From Thermodesulfobacterium commune DSM 2178 (lineage in GTDB: Bacteria > Desulfobacterota > Thermodesulfobacteria > Thermodesulfobacteriales > Thermodesulfobacteriaceae), in NCBI RefSeq assembly GCF_000734015.1, contig NZ_CP008796.1, positions 1,290,001 to 1,322,000 of the forward strand: DNA of 32,000 nucleotides. Reading direction: 5' to 3'. Every line of letters begins with the position of its first letter. Positions within the stretch are counted from its first letter, which is position 1. The notes beneath the pieces are model-generated. The model was not told the origin of the DNA. It saw nothing but the letters and a program-made list of their open reading frames with translations, and ran no database searches. Positions 1 through 12,710 of the stretch are shown here, piece by piece. A program made the position numbers and the translations under genes.

Positions 1-1985
1 ACGAAAACGGAAATTACCATCTTATCGTGGGAAACGCTTCTTCTTACCTTCAGGCTTCAGGAAGGGTTTCAAGGCTCACTACTAAAGGACTTATGCCAGG
101 ACTTTCGGTTATCTTGGTAGATAGTTTTAAAGCCTTAAACAGTCTTAAAAAAAGACTAAGGTTTTATTTAGGGGATGAAGTAGAGTTAACAGAGGTGAAT
201 TTTGAAAAAATAATCGAGCTTGATACCCAAATAAAACAAGAAAGAGAAAAAATTTCAGCTGAAAAGATAGATTTTAAGAACTACCTTCTTATCGTAGAAT
301 CCCCTCATAAAGCCAAAACCATAGCTAGCTTCTTTGGAAAACCCTCGGTTAGAAGGTACACCAACCTATGGGTTTATGAAATACCGATGGAAAATACCCT
401 GCTTTCTGTCTGTGCTTCTTTAGGGCATCTTTATAACCTTTCCAGAAAAAAGGGGATATTTGGAGTTTTAAAGAATAACAGAACTTTTCATCCTGTTTTT
501 AATACCATAAAAATAGACAGAGAAACAGGAGAACAATATGTGGATGAAGAAGAAATAAAGGATAAAGAAAACATCTTTGACAAAGCTGACATTGTAGACG
601 GGCTTAGGATCCTTAGTTTTTGTTCAGACCAAACCTTTATTGCCTCAGATCCTGACTCAGAGGGAGAAAAGATTGCTTATGACATTTACATTAATCTGAA
701 ACCCTTTCAAAAAAATATTAAAAGACTAGAGTTTCACGAAGTTACGGTAAGAGCCCTTAAAAAAGCCTTTGAAACCCCTCAAGAAATAAACCTTCCTCGG
801 GTTAAAGCCCAGTTAGCCAGAAGGGTGGCAGATCGTTGGGTAGGGTTTTCTCTTTCTCAGGAATTATGGAAAGTTTTCCACAAAAACTATCTCTCAGCAG
901 GTAGGGTGCAAACTCCGGTTTTAGGATGGGTAATAGAAAGAGAAAAACTAAGTAAGCAACACAAATATCGAATAAACTTTACGATAAATGAATATCCCCT
1001 TTTTATCGAGGTAGAAGAAAAAGAAATTGCAGAGAAATTAGAACAACACCTACCTCAGGCTAAAATTACCTTAGAAGGCCAAAAAGAAGATGAACTTTCT
1101 CCACCTCCTCCTTATACCACAGACACCATACTGGAAGAAGCCTATAATTTCTTCAGGTTTTCTACCTCCTATACCATGTCTCTTTTGCAAGAACTCTTTG
1201 AACTCGGTTTAATCACCTATCATCGAACAGATTCAACTCGAATTTCAGACGTAGGACGGTTTCAGGTAGCTAAACCTTATATCTCAGAACATTTTGGAGA
1301 AGAGTTATTCTATCCGAGAGAATGGTTTAGTGAAGGAGCCCATGAAGGTATAAGGCCTACCCGTCCCTGGGATGTAGAAGAACTAAAACTAAGGGTAGCC
1401 CACGGATTAATCTCTTTTAAAAATTATAAGGATAGTTTTAGATTGTATGACCTTATTTTTAGAAGATTTATAGCAAGTCAGATGAGAAAAACTAAAGTCT
1501 TAAAAAAGAACCTTAAGTTGGTCCTTCCCTTTTTCGCCTGGGAAGAAGAAGTGATAGTAGACATACTTTCAAACGGTTATGATTTAGTTTGGACCAAACC
1601 ACATCTTTTCCCCGTTTCTCCTTCTTTTACCATAAACAACATTAAGTTACAAAAAATACCTAAAGCTTTTCTTTTTAATCAGGGGACTCTGATCCAGGAA
1701 ATGAAAAAAAGAGGGTTAGGTAGACCATCTACTTATGCAGAAATTGTTTCTACCCTTTTAAATAAGTATTATGTTTATGAGCTGAAAAACGGAGGACTTG
1801 TTCCTACAGCCTTAGGAAAACAGGTATACGAATATCTAAGGTCAAGGTTTGAAACCTATGTATCTGAGGAGTTTACCAGAAAACTTGAAGCCTTTATGGA
1901 CGAGGTAGAAGAAGGTAAAAAAGATTGGGTAGAAATTTGTTATACCCTTTTGCCTCTTCTAAAAGAATTGAACATCATCTTGTAA
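1..1985 (+). CDS. rgy: reverse gyrase, C-terminal ~660 aa (5' end outside the window)
   Basis: The frame is open from base 3 (ENGNYHLIVGNASSYLQASGRVSRL, a helicase motif VI-like QxxGRxSR). It continues into a type IA topoisomerase: Toprim start LLIVESPHKAKTIASFFG, acidic DPDSEGE, active-site region ITYHRTDSTRIS. A helicase-topo IA fusion in one frame is diagnostic of reverse gyrase. Stop TAA at 1983-1985. Confidence 0.85.
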   Translation, partial: ENGNYHLIVGNASSYLQASGRVSRLTTKGLMPGLSVILVDSFKALNSLKKRLRFYLGDEVELTEVNFEKIIELDTQIKQEREKISAEKIDFKNYLLIVESPHKAKTIASFFGKPSVRRYTNLWVYEIPMENTLLSVCASLGHLYNLSRKKGIFGVLKNNRTFHPVFNTIKIDRETGEQYVDEEEIKDKENIFDKADIVDGLRILSFCSDQTFIASDPDSEGEKIAYDIYINLKPFQKNIKRLEFHEVTVRALKKAFETPQEINLPRVKAQLARRVADRWVGFSLSQELWKVFHKNYLSAGRVQTPVLGWVIEREKLSKQHKYRINFTINEYPLFIEVEEKEIAEKLEQHLPQAKITLEGQKEDELSPPPPYTTDTILEEAYNFFRFSTSYTMSLLQELFELGLITYHRTDSTRISDVGRFQVAKPYISEHFGEELFYPREWFSEGAHEGIRPTRPWDVEELKLRVAHGLISFKNYKDSFRLYDLIFRRFIASQMRKTKVLKKNLKLVLPFFAWEEEVIVDILSNGYDLVWTKPHLFPVSPSFTINNIKLQKIPKAFLFNQGTLIQEMKKRGLGRPSTYAEIVSTLLNKYYVYELKNGGLVPTALGKQVYEYLRSRFETYVSEEFTRKLEAFMDEVEEGKKDWVEICYTLLPLLKELNIIL

Positions 1986-2069
1986 AATTTAAAAATGTTA
2001 TTAGGTTGTTGTTTTTTTTGTTTTTTTAAGTATACTTTTTTTAAACTATAGCTTTCCGGGAGGAGCTTG

Positions 2070-2972
2070 ATGAGATTTAAAAATGTTATTTTTGGTTTTT
2101 TGTTAGCCATAATCTTGTATATAGCTATTTTCCGAACTTTACTTCCAGAAAACAGTTTAGTTTTTAGTTTAGCCACTTTTGTCTATTTTGTTGCGGCTTT
2201 AATTTATTTTATACATTGGGTTTTTAAGTGGGATTGGGGAGGATTTGTAGGTTCTACCATTGGTTGGGCTGGGTTGTTTTTAAACCTCGCGGCTTTTTTT
2301 ATTAGATGGTATCAAACCCATCAAGCTGGCTTTGGCTACGTTCCTCTTTCCAACCTTTATGAATCTTTGGTCTTTTTTGGACTATGTATTGCATTAATTT
2401 ATCTTGTTATGGAGTTTAAATTTCCTTCTAAAGCCTTAGGAAGCATTACCTTTACTTTGACTGCTTTTATCATGGCCTATGCCTCTCTTAAAGCTCCTGC
2501 TGAAATCAAGCCACTTCTCCCAGCCCTAAAAAGTAATTGGTTGATAGCCCATGTAGTTACCTGTTTTTTGGGATATGGGGCTTTTGCCGTTACCTTTGGT
2601 CTAAGCCTGTTTTATCTCATCGGAGCTAATAAAACTCTCTCAGCCTCTTTGCAAGTTTCTTTAGAACATTTTATATATAGACTGATGCTTTTTGGTTTCT
2701 TTTGGCTTTCCTTAGGTATTATCACCGGATCTGTTTGGGCGGAGCAAGCTTGGGGAAGCTACTGGAGCTGGGACCCTAAGGAAACCTGGTCTTTTATCAC
2801 CTGGCTTATCTATGGCGGAGCCATCCATCTTCGTTTAATAAAAGGTTCTAAAGATTGGGGAGGGAAAAAACTTGCCTGGCTAAACATCATAGGGTTTGCC
2901 TCTGTACTTTTTACTTATTTTGGAGTAAACTTTTTATTGTCAGGATTACATAGTTATGCAACTCCAGGCTAA
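2070..2972 (+). CDS. ccsA: cytochrome c-type biogenesis protein, CcsA/ResC (heme-handling) family
   Basis: Polytopic membrane protein with the Trp-rich heme-handling signature WGSYWSWDPKETWSFITW and flanking conserved His residues (WLIAHV, GGAIHLR). ATG 2070 is preceded by GGGAGGAG. The track start at 2067 is a TTG one codon upstream. Confidence 0.8.
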   Translation: MRFKNVIFGFLLAIILYIAIFRTLLPENSLVFSLATFVYFVAALIYFIHWVFKWDWGGFVGSTIGWAGLFLNLAAFFIRWYQTHQAGFGYVPLSNLYESLVFFGLCIALIYLVMEFKFPSKALGSITFTLTAFIMAYASLKAPAEIKPLLPALKSNWLIAHVVTCFLGYGAFAVTFGLSLFYLIGANKTLSASLQVSLEHFIYRLMLFGFFWLSLGIITGSVWAEQAWGSYWSWDPKETWSFITWLIYGGAIHLRLIKGSKDWGGKKLAWLNIIGFASVLFTYFGVNFLLSGLHSYATPG

Positions 2973-2992
2973 TAAAACTGGAGGGGATTAAG

Positions 2993-3706
2993 ATGTTAGT
3001 AAAAAATTGGATGACTGAAGAAGTGATTACCTTAGAAGAAGAGGAACCTATAACCAGGGCTATTCAACTTTTAAAGGAACACCAAATACGAAGGATTCCC
3101 ATAACCAGAGGAGGAAAACTAGTAGGAATTGTTACCCAAACAGACATAAAAGAGGCTACCCCACCAAAATTCGTAGGGGTTGACCTAAAAGAACTTTATG
3201 ACCTTTTTTTAAACCTAAAAGTAAAAGACATCATGACCCCAGACCCTATCACCGTATCTCCAGAAGATACCATAGAAAAAGCTTCTGTCCTTATGCTTGA
3301 AAACAAAATCTCTGGACTTCCGGTAGTTAATGAAAATAATTATGTTATAGGGATTATCACTCAAACAGACATTTTTAAACTTTTTGTTCAACTAACTGGG
3401 GCTTATTTCAGTCCTTATCATGTAGCCCTTTATATCAACTCACCCTATCAACTTCCTGAGATTTTAGAAATTTTTAAGAATTTACAAATAAATATTTATA
3501 CCATTTTTTGCTGGAGAGACGAATTTTGTATAGATGATACCTGTAAAAAAAGAGTTTTTATTCGTTTCCAAGCTGTTGAAGAGGCTAAAATAAAGGAAGC
3601 TTTGGAAAAACTTGAGACTAAGTTTGAAATAGCTGAATTTAAGAAAGACAATATAAAAGATATCCCCCAAAAACGGAAAGAAGAAAAAAATTTATTGGTT
3701 TTCTAA
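2993..3706 (+). CDS. CBS-domain pair protein with an ACT-like C-terminal domain (AcuB-like)
   Basis: Two CBS repeats (VITLEEEEPITRAIQLLKEHQIRRIPI..GKLVGIVTQTDI and PITVSPEDTIEKASVLMLENKISGLPVV..VIGIITQTDI) are followed by a ~90-aa alpha/beta tail. SD GGAGGGG lies upstream of ATG 2993. Confidence 0.7.
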   Translation: MLVKNWMTEEVITLEEEEPITRAIQLLKEHQIRRIPITRGGKLVGIVTQTDIKEATPPKFVGVDLKELYDLFLNLKVKDIMTPDPITVSPEDTIEKASVLMLENKISGLPVVNENNYVIGIITQTDIFKLFVQLTGAYFSPYHVALYINSPYQLPEILEIFKNLQINIYTIFCWRDEFCIDDTCKKRVFIRFQAVEEAKIKEALEKLETKFEIAEFKKDNIKDIPQKRKEEKNLLVF

Positions 3707-5572
3707 ATTTTCAGTATTTTCTTGATTCTGAGTCTCTGTATTCTCTGTATATAAAAAGAACCCTTGAGGTTTATGATTAGTTCCTTTCATTACGCTTAAC
3801 CAAACAGGACAAGCAACCCTTCCTCCTGTTTCCCCTCTTTCTAACGTCTTACCTGAATCATAACCAACCCAAACACCACAAGTATAGGTAGGTGTAAACC
3901 CCACAAACCAAGCATCTCTATATTCCTGGGTAGTACCGGTTTTTCCAGCTACCGGCACACCCAATCCCCTGGCACAAGTTCCTGTTCCATAAAGAACTAC
4001 TGCCTGTAGGAAATCATTCATTATAGAAGCAGTGTAAGGAGAAATTACCGGCTTAGCTACCACATCAGTTTTGTAAATAGGGGTTTTAGCAAACAAACTA
4101 TCTCTCACTTCTTCTATAAACTTAGGTTTTACCATACGACCTAAGTTAGGGAAAATAGTAAAGCTCCTTGTGAGCTCTATCGGAGTTAATTCATAAGAAC
4201 CAAGGGCTATACTATAATTAAAATCTCTAGGGATGTTAAGTTCTAATTTTTGAACCATATCATAAATTTTTTCTCTTCCTAGCATCAAAGCAAGCCTTAC
4301 TGCTACTACGTTTCTTGACTTGGCTAAGGCATCCCTTAAGCTTATAGGACCTAAATACTGCCCATCATAATTTCCAGGTGACCAATCTTTGCCCTGGTCG
4401 CCTCCAGGAAGAGTTATAGGTTCATCGGGAATTACATCCTCTGGAGAGACTACTCGATCTTCAATAGCCTTAGCCCAGATAAAAGGCTTAAACGCAGACC
4501 CAGGTTGTCTTTTAGCTAGAATAGCTCTATTATAAGGAGAAGCCAAATAGTTTCTTCCTCCGATAAGAACCCTTACTCCTCCGTTTTTGTTTTCCATACA
4601 AACTACTGCTATCTCTGGAGGTTCTCTGTTCGTAAACATACGACTAAGGGTGTTCATAAGGTTTTCATATGCCTTCTTTTCCCACTCTAAATCAAGAGTA
4701 GTATAGACTACAAGTCCCCCCCTCTCTACTACCTCAGAAGGGAATAATTTTTTAAGTTCTTCTTTTATCACATCTAAGAAGTAGGCTGCATAAACAGGAA
4801 TGTTAACATTTTTAGGGTTTAAATGTATAGGTTGAGATGAAATAGCCTGAGCTTTTTCAGGAGAAATAAAACCTACCTCTGCCATTCTTTTAAGCACATA
4901 GTTTCTTCTAGCTATAGAAAGATTATAATTTTGAAGGGGATTATATTTAGAAGGGGCTGCCGGTAAACCTGCCAAAACCGCTGCCTCGTTTAAGTCTAAC
5001 TCCCAGACATGTTTGTTAAAATAAGTAAGGGCAGCAGCTTCTACTCCATAAGCCCCTTCCCCTAAGTAAATATGATTCAAATATATGGTTAGAATCTGAT
5101 CTTTGGTTAGATATTTTTCAATTTGCCAGGCCAAAAACATCTCTTTGATTTTTCTTCTAAGCGTCCTTTCAGGAGAAAGGACAAGGGACTTAACTACCTG
5201 TTGAGTAATGGTACTACCGCCTTGGACTACCTTACCATGAACGATATTTTTGTAAAGTGCCCTTAATAAACTCCAAAAATCTATCCCTTTATGTTTATAG
5301 AAATTAGCATCTTCTGCAGCTAAAAAAGCTTGGATTACATGAGGAGGGATTTTATCTATAGGTACAAAAACACGCCTTACTGGACCGATAAAACCTACCA
5401 GATTCCCATGAATATCGTATACCAAATTTGTTTGTTCTGGTCGGTAGTTTTTAAGCTTAGAAATACTTGGGAGACTAACCTTAAGATAAATAAACCCAGC
5501 TGCTAAAATTATAGAGAAGAAAAGAAAAATCGATAAAACCAAAATACCTGTCAACTTAAAGACAGAATTCAT
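3692..5572 (-). CDS. mrcA: class A penicillin-binding protein (PBP1A-type transglycosylase/transpeptidase)
   Basis: N-terminal TM anchor. GT51 motifs EDANFYKHKGID, GGSTITQQ and RRKIKEM. Transpeptidase motifs SAFKP (SxxK), KSRN (SxN) and KTGTT (KTG). It converges on and overlaps the CBS gene by 15 nt. Confidence 0.9.
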   Translation of the reverse strand: MNSVFKLTGILVLSIFLFFSIILAAGFIYLKVSLPSISKLKNYRPEQTNLVYDIHGNLVGFIGPVRRVFVPIDKIPPHVIQAFLAAEDANFYKHKGIDFWSLLRALYKNIVHGKVVQGGSTITQQVVKSLVLSPERTLRRKIKEMFLAWQIEKYLTKDQILTIYLNHIYLGEGAYGVEAAALTYFNKHVWELDLNEAAVLAGLPAAPSKYNPLQNYNLSIARRNYVLKRMAEVGFISPEKAQAISSQPIHLNPKNVNIPVYAAYFLDVIKEELKKLFPSEVVERGGLVVYTTLDLEWEKKAYENLMNTLSRMFTNREPPEIAVVCMENKNGGVRVLIGGRNYLASPYNRAILAKRQPGSAFKPFIWAKAIEDRVVSPEDVIPDEPITLPGGDQGKDWSPGNYDGQYLGPISLRDALAKSRNVVAVRLALMLGREKIYDMVQKLELNIPRDFNYSIALGSYELTPIELTRSFTIFPNLGRMVKPKFIEEVRDSLFAKTPIYKTDVVAKPVISPYTASIMNDFLQAVVLYGTGTCARGLGVPVAGKTGTTQEYRDAWFVGFTPTYTCGVWVGYDSGKTLERGETGGRVACPVWLSVMKGTNHKPQGFFLYTENTETQNQENTENLENQ

Positions 5573-5580
5573 AAAAGTTT

Positions 5581-5608
5581 ATTATACCTTGATTTTTGAT
5601 TTTGAGAA
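5581..5608 (-). promoter_or_regulatory. putative sigma70-type promoter of the PBP gene (near-leaderless)
   Basis: Minus strand reads TTCTCA (5608-5603), 16 nt, TATAAT (5586-5581), then only 8 nt (aaactttt, no SD) before ATG at 5572. Confidence 0.35.
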
Positions 5609-5640
5609 CTTTTTAAAGAGATTTTTAAAAAGATTTAATT

Positions 5641-5660
5641 TAGGTATAAAAATAAAAAAA
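5641..5660 (-). terminator. T-tract immediately after the 5S rRNA (possible operon terminator)
   Basis: The minus strand reads ...GGTGCCCGGGA TTTTTTTATTTTTATACC directly after the closing strand of 5S helix I. No separate local hairpin was seen. Confidence 0.3.
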
Positions 5661-5780
<120 letters not shown>

Positions 5781-5838
5781 AACTTTAATATTTTTAACAA
5801 GTGAATGGGGTATCCTTTGGAACTTTTAAGCTGGTACT

Positions 5839-8864
<3,026 letters not shown>

Positions 8865-8944
8865 ACAGGAACCAGCTTAAAGATGCCAAAGGATACCCCT
8901 ATTCACTTGTCAAAGATCTAATTTTTCCACCACTTTTCATTAAG

Positions 8945-9020
8945 TGGTGGAGGTGAACGGATTCGAACCGTCGACCTCCGGCTTGCAAAGCCGGCGCTCT
9001 CCCAACTGAGCTACACCCCC
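8945..9020 (-). tRNA. tRNA-Ala (anticodon TGC), CCA encoded
   Basis: The reverse complement GGGGGTGTAGCTCAGTTGGGAGAGCGCCGGCTTTGCAAGCCGGAGGTCGACGGTTCGAATCCGTTCACCTCCACCA folds as a 76-nt cloverleaf. It has the G3:U70 Ala identity pair and the anticodon loop TTTGCAA. Confidence 0.95.
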
Positions 9021-9057
9021 ACGCCTTCCTCCTAAACCCATCCTCTAACCAAGAGAA

Positions 9058-9133
<76 letters not shown>

Positions 9134-9153
9134 GTAATCCGCTCACCCATTCC

Positions 9154-9166
9154 TTTCAAAGAACAT
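9154..9166 (-). promoter_or_regulatory. boxA-like antitermination element in the 16S-tRNA spacer
   Basis: The minus strand reads ATGTTCTTTGAAA, almost identical to the leader copy at 10886-10899. It resembles the bacterial rrn boxA (TGTTCTTTGAAAA / GCTCTTTAACAA type). Confidence 0.6.
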
Positions 9167-9180
9167 AAAAATTTATATAG

Positions 9181-9202
9181 AATAGCGTCCGCAAGGAGCC
9201 CC
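9181..9202 (-). other. 3' half of the 16S precursor processing stem
   Basis: AATAGCGTCCGCAAGGAGCCCC is the near-perfect reverse complement of 10862-10882 (GGGGCCCTTGCGAACGCTATT), with one G.U pair and one bulge. The two halves bracket the mature 16S, as RNase III stems do. Confidence 0.75.
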
Positions 9203-9217
9203 TAAAATTCTCCTTAG

Positions 9218-10791
<1,574 letters not shown>

Positions 10792-10861
10792 AATTTTGTC
10801 CTGGCCACCTGCCTATAAACAGGCCGGCCGCAACTTTCAATTTAATTTAAAAAGGAATTGC

Positions 10862-10882
10862 GGGGCCCTTGCGAACGCTATT
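10862..10882 (-). other. 5' half of the 16S precursor processing stem
   Basis: Complementary to 9181-9202 (see that feature). Confidence 0.75.
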
Positions 10883-10885
10883 CAA

Positions 10886-10899
10886 TTTTCAAAGAACAT
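10886..10899 (-). promoter_or_regulatory. boxA-like antitermination element in the rrn leader
   Basis: The minus strand reads ATGTTCTTTGAAAA, just upstream of the 16S processing stem. Related copies follow each upstream promoter: GTCTTTTGAAAA at 10955-10966, GTTCTTTGTTAA at 11046-11057 and at 11145-11156. Confidence 0.6.
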
Positions 10900-10909
10900 T
10901 TTTAATAAA

Positions 10910-10937
10910 AAATTAAAACAACTTTTAAATTTGTCAA
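10910..10937 (-). promoter_or_regulatory. rrn promoter P1 (closest to 16S)
   Basis: Minus strand: perfect -35 TTGACA (10937-10932), 16-nt spacer, -10 TAATTT (10915-10910). The region is AT-rich. Confidence 0.55.
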
Positions 10938-10973
10938 GAGCCTTTGAAAAGAAATTTTCAAAAGACAAAATTT

Positions 10974-11001
10974 AATATAACACAATCTGTCTTTTTGTCA
11001 A
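10974..11001 (-). promoter_or_regulatory. rrn promoter P2
   Basis: Minus strand: CTCTTGACA -35 (11001-10996), 16-nt spacer, -10 TATATT (10979-10974). Confidence 0.6.
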
Positions 11002-11075
11002 GAGGCTTAAGCACCCTCCTAAAAACAACTCCTACCCTTCACTTCTTAACAAAGAACGACTTAGCGTGAAAATTA

Positions 11076-11103
11076 AATTTAACACAGCCCTGTAAATTGT
11101 CAA
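11076..11103 (-). promoter_or_regulatory. rrn promoter P3
   Basis: Minus strand: CTCTTGACA -35 (11103-11098), 16-nt spacer, -10 TAAATT (11081-11076). Confidence 0.55.
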
Positions 11104-11175
11104 GAGGGTTTTTAAATTTTATTTCTAATTTTTTCTTACCTCTTTTAACAAAGAACAATCTTAAACTTGATAAAA

Positions 11176-11203
11176 AGAATACACTAAATTTTTGGGTTGT
11201 CAA
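11176..11203 (-). promoter_or_regulatory. rrn promoter P4 (weakest -10)
   Basis: Minus strand: GTTGACA -35 (11203-11198), 16-nt spacer, -10 TATTCT (11181-11176). Confidence 0.4.
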
Positions 11204-11577
11204 CCCCTTATTCAAAAAATTTATATTTTTAAATTACATGGCATCAAGATTAGACGACTACACAATTTTTACCTTGTTTTTTAGCTTTATAAAGATTATT
11301 GTCTGCGATAAAAAGCATCTCTCTTAAACTGTTTTTAAGCTCAAGTGCTCCTCCGATAGAGTGTTAAATCTACTAAAAAAGTTTAGGAAGGGAAGAGAGG
11401 AGGGGTTGGGAGGGTTGGATTTGTGAGGGGTAGAGGAGATGGGATCTAAACTTTATTACTGGAATAAGGGGTTAAAGTGGGTTTTTAAAGGGGATTTTCC
11501 AAGAATAAGGTTGAGGATTTTACAGGGTTTTAAACATGTTTAAAAAAGAATTTATGAGGCTTTGCTGAAAAATGGAT

Positions 11578-11655
11578 GGTTCCAACCTTTTATACAAAGG
11601 TTGGAACCAAGGTTGGAACCAAATGGGCAAGGTTGGAACCTTCCTGGTTCCAACC
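11578..11655. repeat. array A: five 10-bp GGTTSSAACC units
   Basis: GGTTCCAACC (11578-11587), GGTTGGAACC (11599-11608, 11611-11620, 11631-11640), GGTTCCAACC (11646-11655). Units 1/2 and 4/5 form perfect inverted repeats, giving potential hairpins of 13 and 12 bp. Confidence 0.9.
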
Positions 11656-11663
11656 TTGTGGTT

Positions 11664-12305
11664 TTATTTTGGGAGAATGTTAAAAAGTTTCAAGTATTCC
11701 ATATCTTCTTTGCGGTTTTCATAGATAGAAATTTTTATCCATTGAGGTTTTGAGGCTATCATGCTCACAGAGTAAACCATGATGTAATCGGGTTCTTTGG
11801 TAGAGCTTAAGAATATCCCTGGATACTGTTCACATCCTTTTTTGATGCATGTTCTTAGTGAGGTAAGAATTTTTTCTATAGGAGGATTGGTAATTTTAAG
11901 AACCTGGAAAACCGAGTTTAAAAGCAACAAGCCATCTTTATCTGATTTGGAAAGGCAATTAAAGCCAAGTTTTCGGTCAATTTCACAATTAATGACAATT
12001 TCTAAGTGAGGTGGCCAGTAATTTATATCGTCTGGCTTGGTCTTTGTTTTTTCCATATAGGTCACCGCTCCAATATGAGTAAAAGATGGCGAGTGGATAT
12101 TAAGTTCATAATGTTTGCTATTTTCTTTGTCCTTTTTAGAAAGTCTGGTGATTTTTTTATTTTGTTGCATTAAGCGATCAATTTGATGTAAAAGGTCGGG
12201 AGTGATTTTTCTCGGTTGACCAGCTATGTTTTCACTAAAAATGCCAACGAGAATAAAAAGACCAAAGATAATAGCAAGGGTATTAAAAAATTTCTTTTTC
12301 TTCAT
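11664..12305 (-). CDS. membrane-anchored or secreted protein of unknown function (prophage-remnant cargo)
   Basis: 213 aa. The N-terminal MKKKKFFNTLAIIFGLFILVGIF signal/anchor is similar to that of the 12838-13221 product. SD AGGAGGTG precedes the ATG. The rest has no motif I recognise. Confidence 0.65.
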   Translation of the reverse strand: MKKKKFFNTLAIIFGLFILVGIFSENIAGQPRKITPDLLHQIDRLMQQNKKITRLSKKDKENSKHYELNIHSPSFTHIGAVTYMEKTKTKPDDINYWPPHLEIVINCEIDRKLGFNCLSKSDKDGLLLLNSVFQVLKITNPPIEKILTSLRTCIKKGCEQYPGIFLSSTKEPDYIMVYSVSMIASKPQWIKISIYENRKEDMEYLKLFNILPK

Positions 12306-12365
12306 AGGACACCTCCTTTTTAGTGTTTGTTATAGAAAACATTTTGGAAAAAAGTAAGGAAAAGA

Positions 12366-12506
12366 CAAGGGGGATTTTTATAAAGAGATTTCTCGTATGA
12401 GTTTTAAGGCTACTGCGATGATGCGGGCTTCTTGGGGGACAATAGGCGGATAATTTGGATTATCGGAGGTTAAAAGGATTAGACCATCTTTTTTCATTAG
12501 CCTTTA
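12366..12506 (-). pseudogene. 3'-terminal 40-codon fragment of a CI/LexA-type repressor gene
   Basis: The minus strand encodes (R)LMKKDGLILLTSDNPNYPPIVPQEARIIAVALKLIREISL*, versus LMKKDGLILLTSDNPNYPPIIPQEARIIAVALKLLREISL* in the intact repressor. There are 6 nt differences: 4 synonymous and 2 conservative. Confidence 0.85.
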
Positions 12507-12510
12507 AGGG

Positions 12511-12650
12511 AATTGCATTTTTTTTGCAAAATGGTTGTAAGTAGGAAGTGAGAGTTTATGAGGGATGGAAAGAATTTGAGTTGCATGTTTTTGCAACATA
12601 ATTTTGGTTTTTGGAGTGATCTTAAAAGAAATTGCATGATTTTGCAAGAT
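12511..12650 (+). repeat. three ATTGCAT-N(3-7)-TTTGCAA sites
   Basis: aATTGCATtttttTTTGCAAaat (12511-12532), agTTGCATgttTTTGCAAcat (12579-12599), aATTGCATgaTTTTGCAAgat (12630-12650). The same motif occurs at 22509-28 (aaATTGCATaaaTTTGCAAtat). It shares TGCAAAAT with the operator half-site at 14012-14023. Confidence 0.7.
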
Positions 12651-12710
12651 GTGTAAAAATTGGTTAAATGGTTGTAAATAAGAATTTATCAAGGTTTTCT
12701 TGAAAAAGGG

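Larger units (their letters stand above)
11530..12506. mobile_element. remnant left arm of a second, related Mu-like prophage (repeat array + anchored-protein gene + 3' stub of a repressor gene)
   Basis: The block order matches 12662-13420. 11541-11660 parallels 12672-12790 (aagaatttat..tgaaaaa..GGTTnnAACC array). 12303-12365 parallels 13220-13283. 12366-12502 is 131/137 identical to 13284-13420. Homology stops abruptly at ~12503-12506. Confidence 0.5.

Noticed and set aside
11097-11753. Plus-strand ORFs 11097-11327 and 11562-11753
   Set aside because: The first lies across the tandem rrn promoters. The second is built from array A. Neither has an SD or a plausible protein sequence.
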